A stretch of 64,000 nucleotides of DNA from Deltaproteobacteria bacterium (lineage in GTDB: Bacteria; Desulfobacterota; Binatia; UBA9968): NCBI GenBank assembly GCA_016180805.1, contig JACPAM010000109.1:734-64733 (forward strand), in the 5' to 3' direction. Both the position numbers and the translations under genes were made by a program. The notes beneath the pieces are model-generated. The model was not told where the DNA came from. It did not search any database and saw only the letters and a program-made list of their open reading frames with translations. The number at the start of each line of letters is the position of its first letter. The first letter of the stretch is position 1. This document shows positions 55,464 to 64,000 of the stretch, in pieces.

Positions 55464-56911
55464 TAGCACCAGTACGTGGTCCGATCGATCGGGATGTGCT
55501 GCAATATCTCCCCGGGGATATAGTCCTCCAGCTTGATCCTCTCCATCGCGTCATCCGGGCACTTGGAGACCGGCGAGAACGGCCGGTCCAGAGGCCGGGT
55601 CGCATCGATGATCATTCCTGAGGTCTTGATCTCATCGACCAACGATGGATCCAAAAAGTTGCCCCGAAACAAGGGCTGGAGAACCGAGACCTGCTGGTGG
55701 GGCTGCACCCGAGTGGCCAACGCCCAGAGGATGTCCGTCGGGTTGTAGACATCGATGTCGTCGTCAAAAACGAAAACGTTCTTGGTGTGATCGAACGTCA
55801 GCGCTGCGGCCGCGGCCCGCCCGGGGTCCCCCTCGGACATCTTCTTCATCGAGATGAAAACGTTGTAGTGGGCGTGGCGTCCCATCTTGCACACCGCCGT
55901 GACTCCCGGAATAGCCTCACGGCAGCGGCGCAGGTAGGCCCCCTCGCGCGGCAGGTCCATCCACGGCTTGTCCCCCTCCGGCGTGATGACCGATTGGTAC
56001 ATCCCGCCCCTGCGGTAATTGATAGCCCGAACTTCATAATGGACGCACGTGGTATAGCGCTGGGGGCCAAGATAGCCCGGCGCCTCACCGAAAGGCCCCT
56101 CGACGATACGCTTCCCTGGAATCAAGGCACCCTCGATGACGATCTCGGCGTCCGCGGGGATGAGCAGATCCTCACCCCAGGTCTCGGAGGGAGTCAGCCG
56201 AAGCGGCTCCTGGAGATAACCGCCGATGATGTCGAACTCGCTGACTTCGAAAGGGCCGCTGTAGCAAGCGCCCATGTGATACGCCGGATGGTGGCCCAGG
56301 ACAGTGGCCACCGGACATTCCAGGTTGTTGTCTTCATGATCGCGGAAGATCTTCCACAAGTGGCGCGGGGAGGCATAGAGCGCGGTCTTGTTCTTCGACT
56401 TCACCTCCATCCGGTGATAGGAGCAGTTATAGATACCGCTCTTCCGATCCCGCGTAATCGTCGACAGGACGATGTAGGGGCCGCCATCCATGTAGTGGTG
56501 GCGCATGATCGGAAGCTCGTAGAGATCGACTTCGGGCCCCTTTTTGACAACCTCTTTGACCGGCGCGCTCTTCTTGTCCACGATAACAGGCGGAATGCGG
56601 TGCTCCTCCCGCTCCAGACAGACCTCGGCCATCTGGGTCCGGTTCATTTCTCGCGGCACCCCCAAGGCGATCTGGGTCTTCCGCTGGGAGATCTCGCAGT
56701 TCATGACGAGCTTGAACTCGCTGCTGACCCTTCCGTGCAGGTTGCGAGGCCGGTCGAAGATCAATATCGGAAACTTTTTCATCGCGCCCAGATGCTTGAT
56801 TACGGCCGTGACGTCGTACTGGGCGGGATCTACTTCTTTGGTGACGTGGACCACCTCGTTGGGAATCTCTCGCTGGCATTCCTCTAAAAACGTCCTCAGG
56901 CTCTTCGGCAT
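55463..56911 (-). CDS. UbiD-family (prFMN-dependent) decarboxylase, paralog 3
   Basis: 482 aa, with a UbiD profile. Confidence 0.85.
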   Translation of the reverse strand: MPKSLRTFLEECQREIPNEVVHVTKEVDPAQYDVTAVIKHLGAMKKFPILIFDRPRNLHGRVSSEFKLVMNCEISQRKTQIALGVPREMNRTQMAEVCLEREEHRIPPVIVDKKSAPVKEVVKKGPEVDLYELPIMRHHYMDGGPYIVLSTITRDRKSGIYNCSYHRMEVKSKNKTALYASPRHLWKIFRDHEDNNLECPVATVLGHHPAYHMGACYSGPFEVSEFDIIGGYLQEPLRLTPSETWGEDLLIPADAEIVIEGALIPGKRIVEGPFGEAPGYLGPQRYTTCVHYEVRAINYRRGGMYQSVITPEGDKPWMDLPREGAYLRRCREAIPGVTAVCKMGRHAHYNVFISMKKMSEGDPGRAAAAALTFDHTKNVFVFDDDIDVYNPTDILWALATRVQPHQQVSVLQPLFRGNFLDPSLVDEIKTSGMIIDATRPLDRPFSPVSKCPDDAMERIKLEDYIPGEILQHIPIDRTTYWC

Positions 56912-57039
56912 GCAGCCCTCCTAATAGCGAAAACGAATAAATTCTCCCAATTTAGAACAAAAATTTCTAGCGCAATCGCCCGCGCTTTTCAACCCAAGTA
57001 GGGGCGGGTTTCAAACCCGCGCCTACATTCCCCTTTGCC

Positions 57040-57318
57040 CTCGCCGCCTCAGGTGGATTGCCCCCTCGACAGGCACGTTTCCACTTCGAAGCTCGAGGGG
57101 GACCAGGAGGAAGGCCGCAGTCTAGCTTGCCCGCGACCGAGGGGAGTGCGAGCGAGGCTGCGGACGTCCGATTACAAACGGCACGAATCATGGCATGAAC
57201 CCATCGGCCGCAGCCGAGAGCGCGCTCCCCGAGGGAGCTTCCTGACGGGGACAGGCACGCAAGCGAGCCAGTCCCCTTGCCGCGGCCTTCTTCCTCGTCC
57301 CCCGAGGAGCTTTCATAG
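57040..57318 (+). repeat. structured intergenic repeat family, copy 7 (longest, composite: contains all modules)
   Basis: CCCCCTCGA..TCGAGGGGG hairpin, GGAGGAAGGCCGC paired 160 nt downstream with GCGGCCTTCTTCCTC, the central core GCGACCGAGGGGAGTGCGAGCGAGGCTGCGGACGTCCGATTACAAACGGCACGAATCATGGCATGAACCCATCGGCCGCAGCCGAGAG, and the terminus CCCCCGAGGAGCTTTC. Confidence 0.7.
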
Positions 57319-57328
57319 ATAACGCGGG

Positions 57329-58282
57329 CTACTTCCCGCCCAGGGACTGCATGAAGGAGCGATCGATGAGGTCGTCGACGGAGACTTTTTTCTTGATCCT
57401 CCCCGCCTCAAATTCCTGCTCGACGACGAGCGAAATCGGTTTTTCGGCGATCTTGCCGTTGACGGGAAAGGACTCCCGGTACTGATCGTAGCCCGCGGGC
57501 GCGTAGGCCGGATCCATCTTCACGTACTTCCGGATCGCCTTCAGGGCGTCCTCTCTGTTTTCCAGCGTATGTTTCACCCCCCTCTGGTAGGCACGCAGAA
57601 ATTTCATGACCTGCCCTTTCTCCCGGGCAAGCCACGACTCGCGCGCCGCGAAGGTCTCGTAAGGCCACTCCGGGAAGATCTCTTTGAGATCGAAGAGTTT
57701 ATTGAAGCCCTGGGCTTTGGCAATCTCGGTGACCGGAAACCACACGATGCTGGCGTCGACCCCGCCCGCCTTAAGGGCGGCAAAGCGCGCCGGCGTGCTG
57801 CCGATCTGAAGGATCGTCACCTCCCTGTGATTGATGCCGAAATGGTGCAGGGTCGCGCGGGTCAGATAGTCCGTCAGGGAGCCAAACCTGCTGATCGCAA
57901 ACCGTTTGCCCTTGGCCTCCTTCATGGACTTGAAGTTCGAAAGCGAGTAGAGCTCAAAGGGCATGAGATTGCAGATTCCCCAGAAGTTTTTTATGTCCAC
58001 GCCTGCCGCCGCCCTGCCCCCGACGGTCTCCACAAACGCGCTGCCCATGATGTTCACGTCTCCGCCAATCAACGCCTGAAGATTTGTCGCTCCGGCGTTA
58101 AACATCACCAGCAAGACGTCAAGCCCTTCGTCCTTAAAAAACCCCTTCTCCTGGGTTACATAAACCGGCAAAAACGCGATGTTCACCGAGGAAAGGCCGA
58201 CGACAATCCTGCTGGTCTGGCCGGCTGCCGGGTAAAGCAGAACCGTAAGAAAACAGAAAACCACCAAACGGAACTTGCGCAT
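57329..58282 (-). CDS. ABC transporter substrate-binding protein, NMT1/SsuA-like, orphan
   Basis: 317 aa with signal peptide. Confidence 0.7.
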   Translation of the reverse strand: MRKFRLVVFCFLTVLLYPAAGQTSRIVVGLSSVNIAFLPVYVTQEKGFFKDEGLDVLLVMFNAGATNLQALIGGDVNIMGSAFVETVGGRAAAGVDIKNFWGICNLMPFELYSLSNFKSMKEAKGKRFAISRFGSLTDYLTRATLHHFGINHREVTILQIGSTPARFAALKAGGVDASIVWFPVTEIAKAQGFNKLFDLKEIFPEWPYETFAARESWLAREKGQVMKFLRAYQRGVKHTLENREDALKAIRKYVKMDPAYAPAGYDQYRESFPVNGKIAEKPISLVVEQEFEAGRIKKKVSVDDLIDRSFMQSLGGK

Positions 58283-58315
58283 AACCGTCCTCCCTGCAAA
58301 TGAAAATGGAAGATT

Positions 58316-59347
58316 TCAAATGACCGGCCGCTCGGGCAGGATGCTTTTGAGCACCCTGAGGTAGTTTCCTCCAAGGATTAGCGCAATCTCAGCCTCCTTA
58401 TAGCCGCGCCGGATGAGTCCCTCAATGAGTTTGGGGAGATCCTCCACCTCCTCAAAATCCTTGATCAGCTCGGGCGAGTGAAGCGGATGGTGTTGGTCTT
58501 TGAGCGTGCGCGGTCCGTCGTATTTGACAAAGTCGAGCCCGAGCGCGATATGCTCCACCCCCACGACGTTTACCATATAGTCGAGATGGTTGAGAAGATC
58601 GTCAAGGGCGGCGCCTTTCTTGGTCACACGGGCCGGCAAAGCCAGGATCCCCACCAGCCCGTCCTGGTCCGCGATCGCTTTGATTTGATCGTCCGCGAGG
58701 TTTCGCGGGTTGTCCAGCATCCCGCAAGCGTTCGCGTGGCTCACGATCAAAGGCGCCTGAGCCACCTCCAGAGCCTGAAAGAATCCTTCGCGGTTGATGT
58801 GGGCGAGATCGACAACCATTCCCAGGCGGTTCATCTCCCGGATCACCTCGACCCCAAAGCGCGTCAGCCCGCCTTTAGTGCGGGTCTCCCACACCCCGTC
58901 GCCCAGCTCGTTGCGAAAGTTCCAGGTGAGCTGCATCGAACGAAGACCCAACCGATAAAAATTCCTTAGCTGATGAATGCTCCCCTGAAGCGGCATTCCG
59001 CCTTCGAAGTGAAGCAGGAATGCGATATTGCCGGGGCGGACTCGATCGGAGAGGTCCGCGCGCGTCTTGACGAGCGAGATCATCCCTTCGGACTTGGGGG
59101 CCTCCTCGAGAAACATGTCGATATTTTCCAGCGCGGTCTCCAGATACCTCCCGGTGTTCTGCGAGTGCGAGTAGGAATCGCCGCTGATCGCGTAGACACA
59201 AACATTGATGCCGTCCCGGATCAAGCGCGGGGCGATCGCGTCCCTCAGCGGGTTTTGTTCGCCGACAGAGTGGCGGTAAAGCTGCTCGTAGACGTCGCGA
59301 TGCCCTTCGACGACGACATGGTTCTTAAGAATCTCCCTGGGATCCAT
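58316..59347 (-). CDS. membrane dipeptidase (peptidase family M19)
   Basis: Start ATG 59347 (MDPREILKNHVVVEGHRD) with a GGAGGAAGG SD. Motifs HxD, EG and H..N typical of renal-dipeptidase-like enzymes. Confidence 0.7.
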   Translation of the reverse strand: MDPREILKNHVVVEGHRDVYEQLYRHSVGEQNPLRDAIAPRLIRDGINVCVYAISGDSYSHSQNTGRYLETALENIDMFLEEAPKSEGMISLVKTRADLSDRVRPGNIAFLLHFEGGMPLQGSIHQLRNFYRLGLRSMQLTWNFRNELGDGVWETRTKGGLTRFGVEVIREMNRLGMVVDLAHINREGFFQALEVAQAPLIVSHANACGMLDNPRNLADDQIKAIADQDGLVGILALPARVTKKGAALDDLLNHLDYMVNVVGVEHIALGLDFVKYDGPRTLKDQHHPLHSPELIKDFEEVEDLPKLIEGLIRRGYKEAEIALILGGNYLRVLKSILPERPVI

Positions 59348-59457
59348 CCTTCCTCCGATCGGCCTGACAACAGGTTTTTCAACACCCTGTTGAAGCGCAC
59401 AGATGATTGGGGTACTAATAGCCAGAAAAGCTGTTCCGAAGCAAGTACCCTTCGCCT

Positions 59458-61053
59458 TTGCCACACGCACTGAGAATCGCGGGCCGTTGTGCCCTCGCAC
59501 TTTCGCTAGTCATTCTCTTCATTTCGTGCCGGCCTTCCTCCGAGGTCGCCAGCGACAAGGTTGTCCGCGTCAATCTCGGAACCGAGCCCCCGAGTCTCGA
59601 TTGGTCGGTGGCGACGGACCACGTTTCCTTCAACGTCATTGCCAACCTCATGGTCGGCCTCACCGAGTTCGACCGGGATCTCAAGCCAGGCCCCGTCATC
59701 GCCCGATCCTGGGACGTACTGGAAGGCGGGAAAAGGATCGTCTTTCACCTGCGCGACGACGTTTTGTGGAGCGACGGCAAGAAGGTCCGCGCCCAGGACT
59801 TCGAGTATTCGTGGAAACGGCTGCTCCATCCCAAGACGGCCTCCGAGTACGCTTATATACTGTTCGATATCGTCAACGCGGAAGCTTTCCACCGGGGAAA
59901 GATCGACGATCACCGCCTGCTCGGCGTGACCGCGAAGGATGACCGTACGCTGGAGGTCCGGCTCAGACATCCGGCCTCCTATTTTCTTTCCATCACGACT
60001 TTCGAGGTTACCTATCCTCAGCGGCAAGACATCATCGAGCGATACGGCGCCAAGTGGACCGAGCCGGAGAATATCGTGACCAACGGTCCCTTCCTGCTCG
60101 CATCGTGGAAACACGAGGATGAGATTCAACTGCGGGCCAATCCCCGTTTTTTTCTGGGAAGGCCGGCCATCGAGCGGGTCGACATGTACATGATCAATGA
60201 AAAGACAACCGCGCTCGCCCTCTACGAGCAGGGCCGGCTCGACTTTCTCGACAACCACAGCATACCGATCTTCGAAAAGCCGCGCCTGGTCAAGCACGAA
60301 GGCTTCCGCAGCGTCCCCCAGCTCCGGGGCTACTACTACGGCTTTGTCACGGATCGAAAGCCCTTCGACGACGCGCGGGTGCGCAAGGCTTTTGCGCTCG
60401 CGATCGACCGGACCGTATTTCCCAAGATCCTCCACGGCGGCGAGGAGCCGGCAACCTCCTGGATTCCTCCCGGAATGCTCGCCCATAACGTGGAAATCGG
60501 CGTTCGCTACAATCCCGCGGAGGCGCGAAGACTCCTCAGAGAAGCCGGGTACCCGGACGGCAAAGGATTTCCGCAAGTGACTTTGGGGTATAACACCGAC
60601 GAAGACCACAAGATCGTGGCTGAAGCCATCCAGGGGATGTGGAAGCAAAACCTGGGGGTGCTGGTGCGCCTGGAGAACCAGGAGTGGAAGGTCTATCTGA
60701 GCAAGCTGCAATCCGACCCACCCCACATCTTCCGCCTTGGCTGGGGCGCGGATTTTCCGGATCCCGACAATTTCATGAGACTTTTCACTTCCCTGAGCGG
60801 CAACAATAACACCCGCTGGAAGAATCGACGTTTCGACGAGCTGGTTGACCTGGCCGCCCGGGAGTGGAACACGCAGAAGCGAGTCCAGCTATACAACGAG
60901 GCGCAGAAAATCCTGTGCGAGACCGATCTGCCGATCATCCCGCTGTTTACGACGGCGGAGAGCACCCTCCTACGCCCTCGGTTTGCGGGGCTGGAGTACA
61001 ACTCCATGAGCCGCCTGGTGCTGCGTGATGTGCGCCTGAAAAATAGTCAATAG
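59458..61053 (+). CDS. ABC transporter substrate-binding protein, family 5 (OppA/DppA-like), lipoprotein; TTG start
   Basis: Lipobox LVILFISC and an SBP_bac_5 profile. Confidence 0.75.
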   Translation: MPHALRIAGRCALALSLVILFISCRPSSEVASDKVVRVNLGTEPPSLDWSVATDHVSFNVIANLMVGLTEFDRDLKPGPVIARSWDVLEGGKRIVFHLRDDVLWSDGKKVRAQDFEYSWKRLLHPKTASEYAYILFDIVNAEAFHRGKIDDHRLLGVTAKDDRTLEVRLRHPASYFLSITTFEVTYPQRQDIIERYGAKWTEPENIVTNGPFLLASWKHEDEIQLRANPRFFLGRPAIERVDMYMINEKTTALALYEQGRLDFLDNHSIPIFEKPRLVKHEGFRSVPQLRGYYYGFVTDRKPFDDARVRKAFALAIDRTVFPKILHGGEEPATSWIPPGMLAHNVEIGVRYNPAEARRLLREAGYPDGKGFPQVTLGYNTDEDHKIVAEAIQGMWKQNLGVLVRLENQEWKVYLSKLQSDPPHIFRLGWGADFPDPDNFMRLFTSLSGNNNTRWKNRRFDELVDLAAREWNTQKRVQLYNEAQKILCETDLPIIPLFTTAESTLLRPRFAGLEYNSMSRLVLRDVRLKNSQ

Positions 61054-61095
61054 TTATTGGTCAATAGTCAACGGGTGGGGACGCGACTATTGACG
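61045..61095 (+). promoter_or_regulatory. intercistronic stem-loop / repeat cluster (GTCAATAGT direct repeat; GTCAATAGTC...GACTATTGAC 10-bp inverted repeat, 15-nt loop)
   Basis: Seen directly between the oppA-like stop (61051-61053) and the permease start (61122). No U-run follows. Confidence 0.35.
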
Positions 61096-61121
61096 ATTAA
61101 CCTTTGACCATTGACGACCTC

Positions 61122-62039
61122 ATGGTTCGATTTTTGATCAAACGCCTCCTTCACGCTCTCGTTGTCCTGTGGGTGGTGGCCAGCCTGACCTTTTTCCTTC
61201 TTCATATCACCCCCGGTGGGCCCTTCGATCGTGAGCGACGCCTGCCGCCTGAGGTGCTCGCGAACGTTGCCGCCAAATACCACCTCGATGAGCCCTGGTG
61301 GAACCAATACACTCGCTATTTGACCGGAATCGTTCAGGGGGATCTGGGGCCTTCCTACAAATACCTCGATCGCAATGTGAGGGACATCGTCGCTGATACG
61401 CTTCCGGTCTCGGCCTCGCTCGGCATATTCGCCTTGGGCTTTTCTTTGGCGCTCTCGTTTCCCGTTGGGTTGATTGCCGCCTACTACCGCAACTCCTGGA
61501 CCGACCGCTTCTGCTTGTTTATCGCCACGCTGGGCATATCCGTACCCACTTTTATTCTCGGCGCCCTCCTCATCTGGCTCTTTTCCCTTCAGCTCGGCTG
61601 GTTCCAGGCCGGAAGATGGGGCGACATAAACAGCGCCGTCCTGCCGACAGCGACCCTGGGAGCAGCCCCGGCTGCGTACCTGTCTTATTTGCTTCGCTCC
61701 GCCATACTCGACACGTTGGGTGAAGATTTTGTCCGGACCGCAAGGGCGAAGGGGTTGAAAGAAACCACGGTCCTCTTCAAGCATGCGTTGAGCAACTCGT
61801 TGATCCCGGTTTTGACCGTGCTCGGCCCGCTCACGGCAGGGCTCGTGACCGGCTCCTTCGTCGTCGAGTACGTGTTTGCGATTCCCGGCATGGGGAGGTT
61901 TTTCATCACGGCCGTCACGGACCGCGACTATCCCCTGATCATGGGAGTGACCCTGGTCTACACGGCGCTCCTGGTCGGCGCCAACCTGCTCGTGGACCTG
62001 CTCTACTCTTTCTTCGATCCGCGCATAAAGGCCCAGTAA
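61122..62039 (+). CDS. ABC transporter permease (DppB/OppB-type)
   Basis: Start ATG 61122 (MVRFLIKRLL) with the family profile. Confidence 0.8.
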   Translation: MVRFLIKRLLHALVVLWVVASLTFFLLHITPGGPFDRERRLPPEVLANVAAKYHLDEPWWNQYTRYLTGIVQGDLGPSYKYLDRNVRDIVADTLPVSASLGIFALGFSLALSFPVGLIAAYYRNSWTDRFCLFIATLGISVPTFILGALLIWLFSLQLGWFQAGRWGDINSAVLPTATLGAAPAAYLSYLLRSAILDTLGEDFVRTARAKGLKETTVLFKHALSNSLIPVLTVLGPLTAGLVTGSFVVEYVFAIPGMGRFFITAVTDRDYPLIMGVTLVYTALLVGANLLVDLLYSFFDPRIKAQ

Positions 62040-62044
62040 AGTCT

Positions 62045-62902
62045 ATGAGTCGGCAAAACGAGGCCGAGGAACAACGAAGGCAGAGGGGCCAGCGGGCGCT
62101 CCTGCTTTTGAGCCTCGCTTTTATTGCGGCGGTGACTCTCTGCGGTTTTCTGGCTCCGCTTCTCTCCCCTTACTCCCCCGCCGGGCTCCAGGAGGGTCGC
62201 ATCCTGGAAGGTCCCAGTTGGAGTCACTGGTTGGGAACCGATGGTCTGGGGAGAGATCTCTTTACCCGAATCCTCTACGGCGCACGGGTATCCCTTACGG
62301 TGGGAATCGGCACCGCCCTGATCGCGCTCATCATCGGGAGCCTCTATGGTCTCATCTCGGGTTACAGCGGCGGCCCGTTGGACAGTCTTCTAATGCGCAT
62401 CGTGGATGTCGTTTACAGCCTGCCGGACCTGCTCATCTTCATACTGCTCTCGCTCCTGTTGGGCCGCAACATTGCGGGCGTTCTCCTCGCGCTTGGGCTC
62501 GTGAGCTGGGTGCGCTTTGCCCGAATCGCACGCGGACAGGTCCTTCAGGCCAAGGAGTTTGTTTACGTCGAAGGTGCCAGAGCGATCGGTGCCTCTCATC
62601 TCCGGATCATCATGCGCCACATTCTGCCCAACATTGCGGGCCCCATACTCGTAACTCTGACTTTCAGTATTCCCGCCGCGATCCTGGCTGAGTCCACGTT
62701 GAGCTTTATCGGCCTCGGAATCAACGACCCCTACAGCGAATGGGGCACGAGCTGGGGCACCCTGGCGCAGGATGGCTGGCGCGCGATGCGGACCTATCCG
62801 CACATCATCCTGTTTCCCGGCCTGGCGATCTTCTTCACGATTCTCTCCTTCAACTATCTCGGAAATGGCCTGAGGGACATCCTGGACCCGAAGGGTAAAT
62901 AG
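62045..62902 (+). CDS. ABC transporter permease (DppC/OppC-type)
   Basis: 285 aa with the family profile. No ATPase genes follow. Confidence 0.8.
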   Translation: MSRQNEAEEQRRQRGQRALLLLSLAFIAAVTLCGFLAPLLSPYSPAGLQEGRILEGPSWSHWLGTDGLGRDLFTRILYGARVSLTVGIGTALIALIIGSLYGLISGYSGGPLDSLLMRIVDVVYSLPDLLIFILLSLLLGRNIAGVLLALGLVSWVRFARIARGQVLQAKEFVYVEGARAIGASHLRIIMRHILPNIAGPILVTLTFSIPAAILAESTLSFIGLGINDPYSEWGTSWGTLAQDGWRAMRTYPHIILFPGLAIFFTILSFNYLGNGLRDILDPKGK

Positions 62903-62910
62903 GCAAGCAT

Positions 62911-63219
62911 GTGGCGCGAAAAGAATTCTTCCGACTGCTAGATGATCAGACCCGGTTAAGAGTTTTGGTGATTACCGACCGGGGACGAGTCACAAGATTT
63001 ATGGTTCAGTTGGAAATTTTAATTGAAGGTGCGTGGACCCCTATCGCTCGATATGACACGCACCACGGATTCGCTCACCTCGACATATTGCACCCGGATG
63101 GAAGAGAGGATAAAATCCGATTACTTGCAAAGGATTTTAATGAAGCTTTAGATATCGCCTTCGCCGACCTGCTAACGAATTGGGAGCGTTACGTTAGGAC
63201 TTACCTCAAGGAGCAATGA
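62911..63219 (+). CDS. hypothetical small protein (102 aa), first gene of an AT-rich two-gene cassette
   Basis: Conserved-looking YDTHHGFAHLDI segment. 1-nt gap to the next gene. Confidence 0.4.
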   Translation: MARKEFFRLLDDQTRLRVLVITDRGRVTRFMVQLEILIEGAWTPIARYDTHHGFAHLDILHPDGREDKIRLLAKDFNEALDIAFADLLTNWERYVRTYLKEQ

Positions 63220-63220
63220 G

Positions 63221-63496
63221 ATGAGAAAAAGGGGCTTGGCTTACAAAAACTTGGTGCTAGGCGTAGAGTTCGATAAATACCTGCTGGAACACCCAGAGAT
63301 TGTGGACAGAATCCCAAACAGATCCACCGTGGTCTTGTTGCCGGAGTACGATCAGGAGCTTTACGAGGCAAACCTCAAACTGGCAGAGAAGAGAATTGCC
63401 AAGGGAGAGAAAATAGTTTTCGTCCGCATCCAAAAACTTGCCCCTCTAAAGTCACGGATCATTCGGCCCCGCATCGAACTTGCTGAGTCAGCCTAG
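63221..63496 (+). CDS. hypothetical small protein (91 aa), second gene of the cassette
   Basis: Tight coupling with 62911..63219, lower GC. Confidence 0.4.
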   Translation: MRKRGLAYKNLVLGVEFDKYLLEHPEIVDRIPNRSTVVLLPEYDQELYEANLKLAEKRIAKGEKIVFVRIQKLAPLKSRIIRPRIELAESA

Positions 63497-63909
63497 TCCA
63501 CCCTCACACCAAAGGGATACGGAAAAGGGCTTGTCAGGTTATTTCGAATCGCCTAAAATCACCGGAAATTTAGGGGGATAGAGGGTGATCTGCCGGTGTT
63601 TTTCATTCCTCATCTTTCTGCCCCCATCCTTTAGTTAATGTTGGCCCGGCCAGTCATCGCCGTTTCTAAGATTTAGAAGCCGCGCATGATTACAAGACTT
63701 GACCATCGGGCCCGGATTCTCGGAACTAGACTTTCGGGAAGCCGCTCTCGAACAATTCCGCCAAAATGCCGTGGATCTGAGTGGGGAGAACGAGGAGAAA
63801 TGAACGCCATTCTCAAGGAGCTGGAGGCTACAGGGTTTGCGAAATAGCTCTATAGCGTGCGATAGTTCAGCCGGAAAAAAACAGATCGACAGTCAAAAGG
63901 AGGGGAACA

Positions 63910-64000
63910 TGCCAGTTGTGCAGGTCTACATGTATAAGGGAAAAACGAAAGAACAGAAGAAGGAGTTGGTGAGAAGGATTAGCAAGGATTTTCAAGAGGT
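63910..64000 (+). CDS. tautomerase family protein (4-oxalocrotonate tautomerase-like), 5-prime partial at window end
   Basis: MPVVQVYMYKGKTKEQKKELVRRISKDFQEV with the Pro-1 signature. AAAGGAGGGGA SD 6 nt upstream. Confidence 0.6.

Noticed and set aside
1-64000. rRNA, tRNA and CRISPR arrays
   Set aside because: No cloverleaf-compatible or rRNA-like segments, and no regularly spaced direct repeats. The repeats present are irregularly spaced and heterogeneous.

Overview
This is a high-GC (~62-65%) bacterial chromosomal segment carrying catabolic and transport genes. They include a hydantoinase/oxoprolinase A+B pair, three UbiD-family (prFMN-type) decarboxylase paralogs, and two xanthine-dehydrogenase-family molybdoenzyme loci, one of which is a CoxMSL-like FAD/FeS/Mo operon lying divergent to a benzoate-CoA-ligase-family gene. 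Also present are a liv-type branched-chain amino acid ABC operon, an Ssu/Tau-like ABC operon with two permeases, several orphan NMT1/SsuA-like binding proteins, a fused OtsA-OtsB trehalose-6-phosphate synthase/phosphatase, and an Opp/Dpp-like system that lacks its ATPase genes. The most notable content is a glycine/sarcosine/betaine reductase (grd) gene cluster on the minus strand. It contains two selenoprotein genes, grdA and grdB, each with an in-frame TGA selenocysteine codon; the six-frame ORF track breaks at these codons. A family of structured intergenic repeats (~120-280 bp, at least 7 modular copies) sits at operon boundaries, one of them inside the grd cluster. A REP-associated tyrosine transposase (RAYT) gene is present. 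A degenerate integron-integrase-like remnant is cut off by a short palindromic element that recurs about 53 kb away. Several genes appear disrupted: a frameshifted DUF1989 gene, a livK homolog with an in-frame TAG, and a frameshifted alpha/beta hydrolase. Lower-GC islands carry a standalone tandem-hotdog dehydratase and a toxin-antitoxin-like pair of small genes. No rRNA, tRNA or CRISPR array was recognised.
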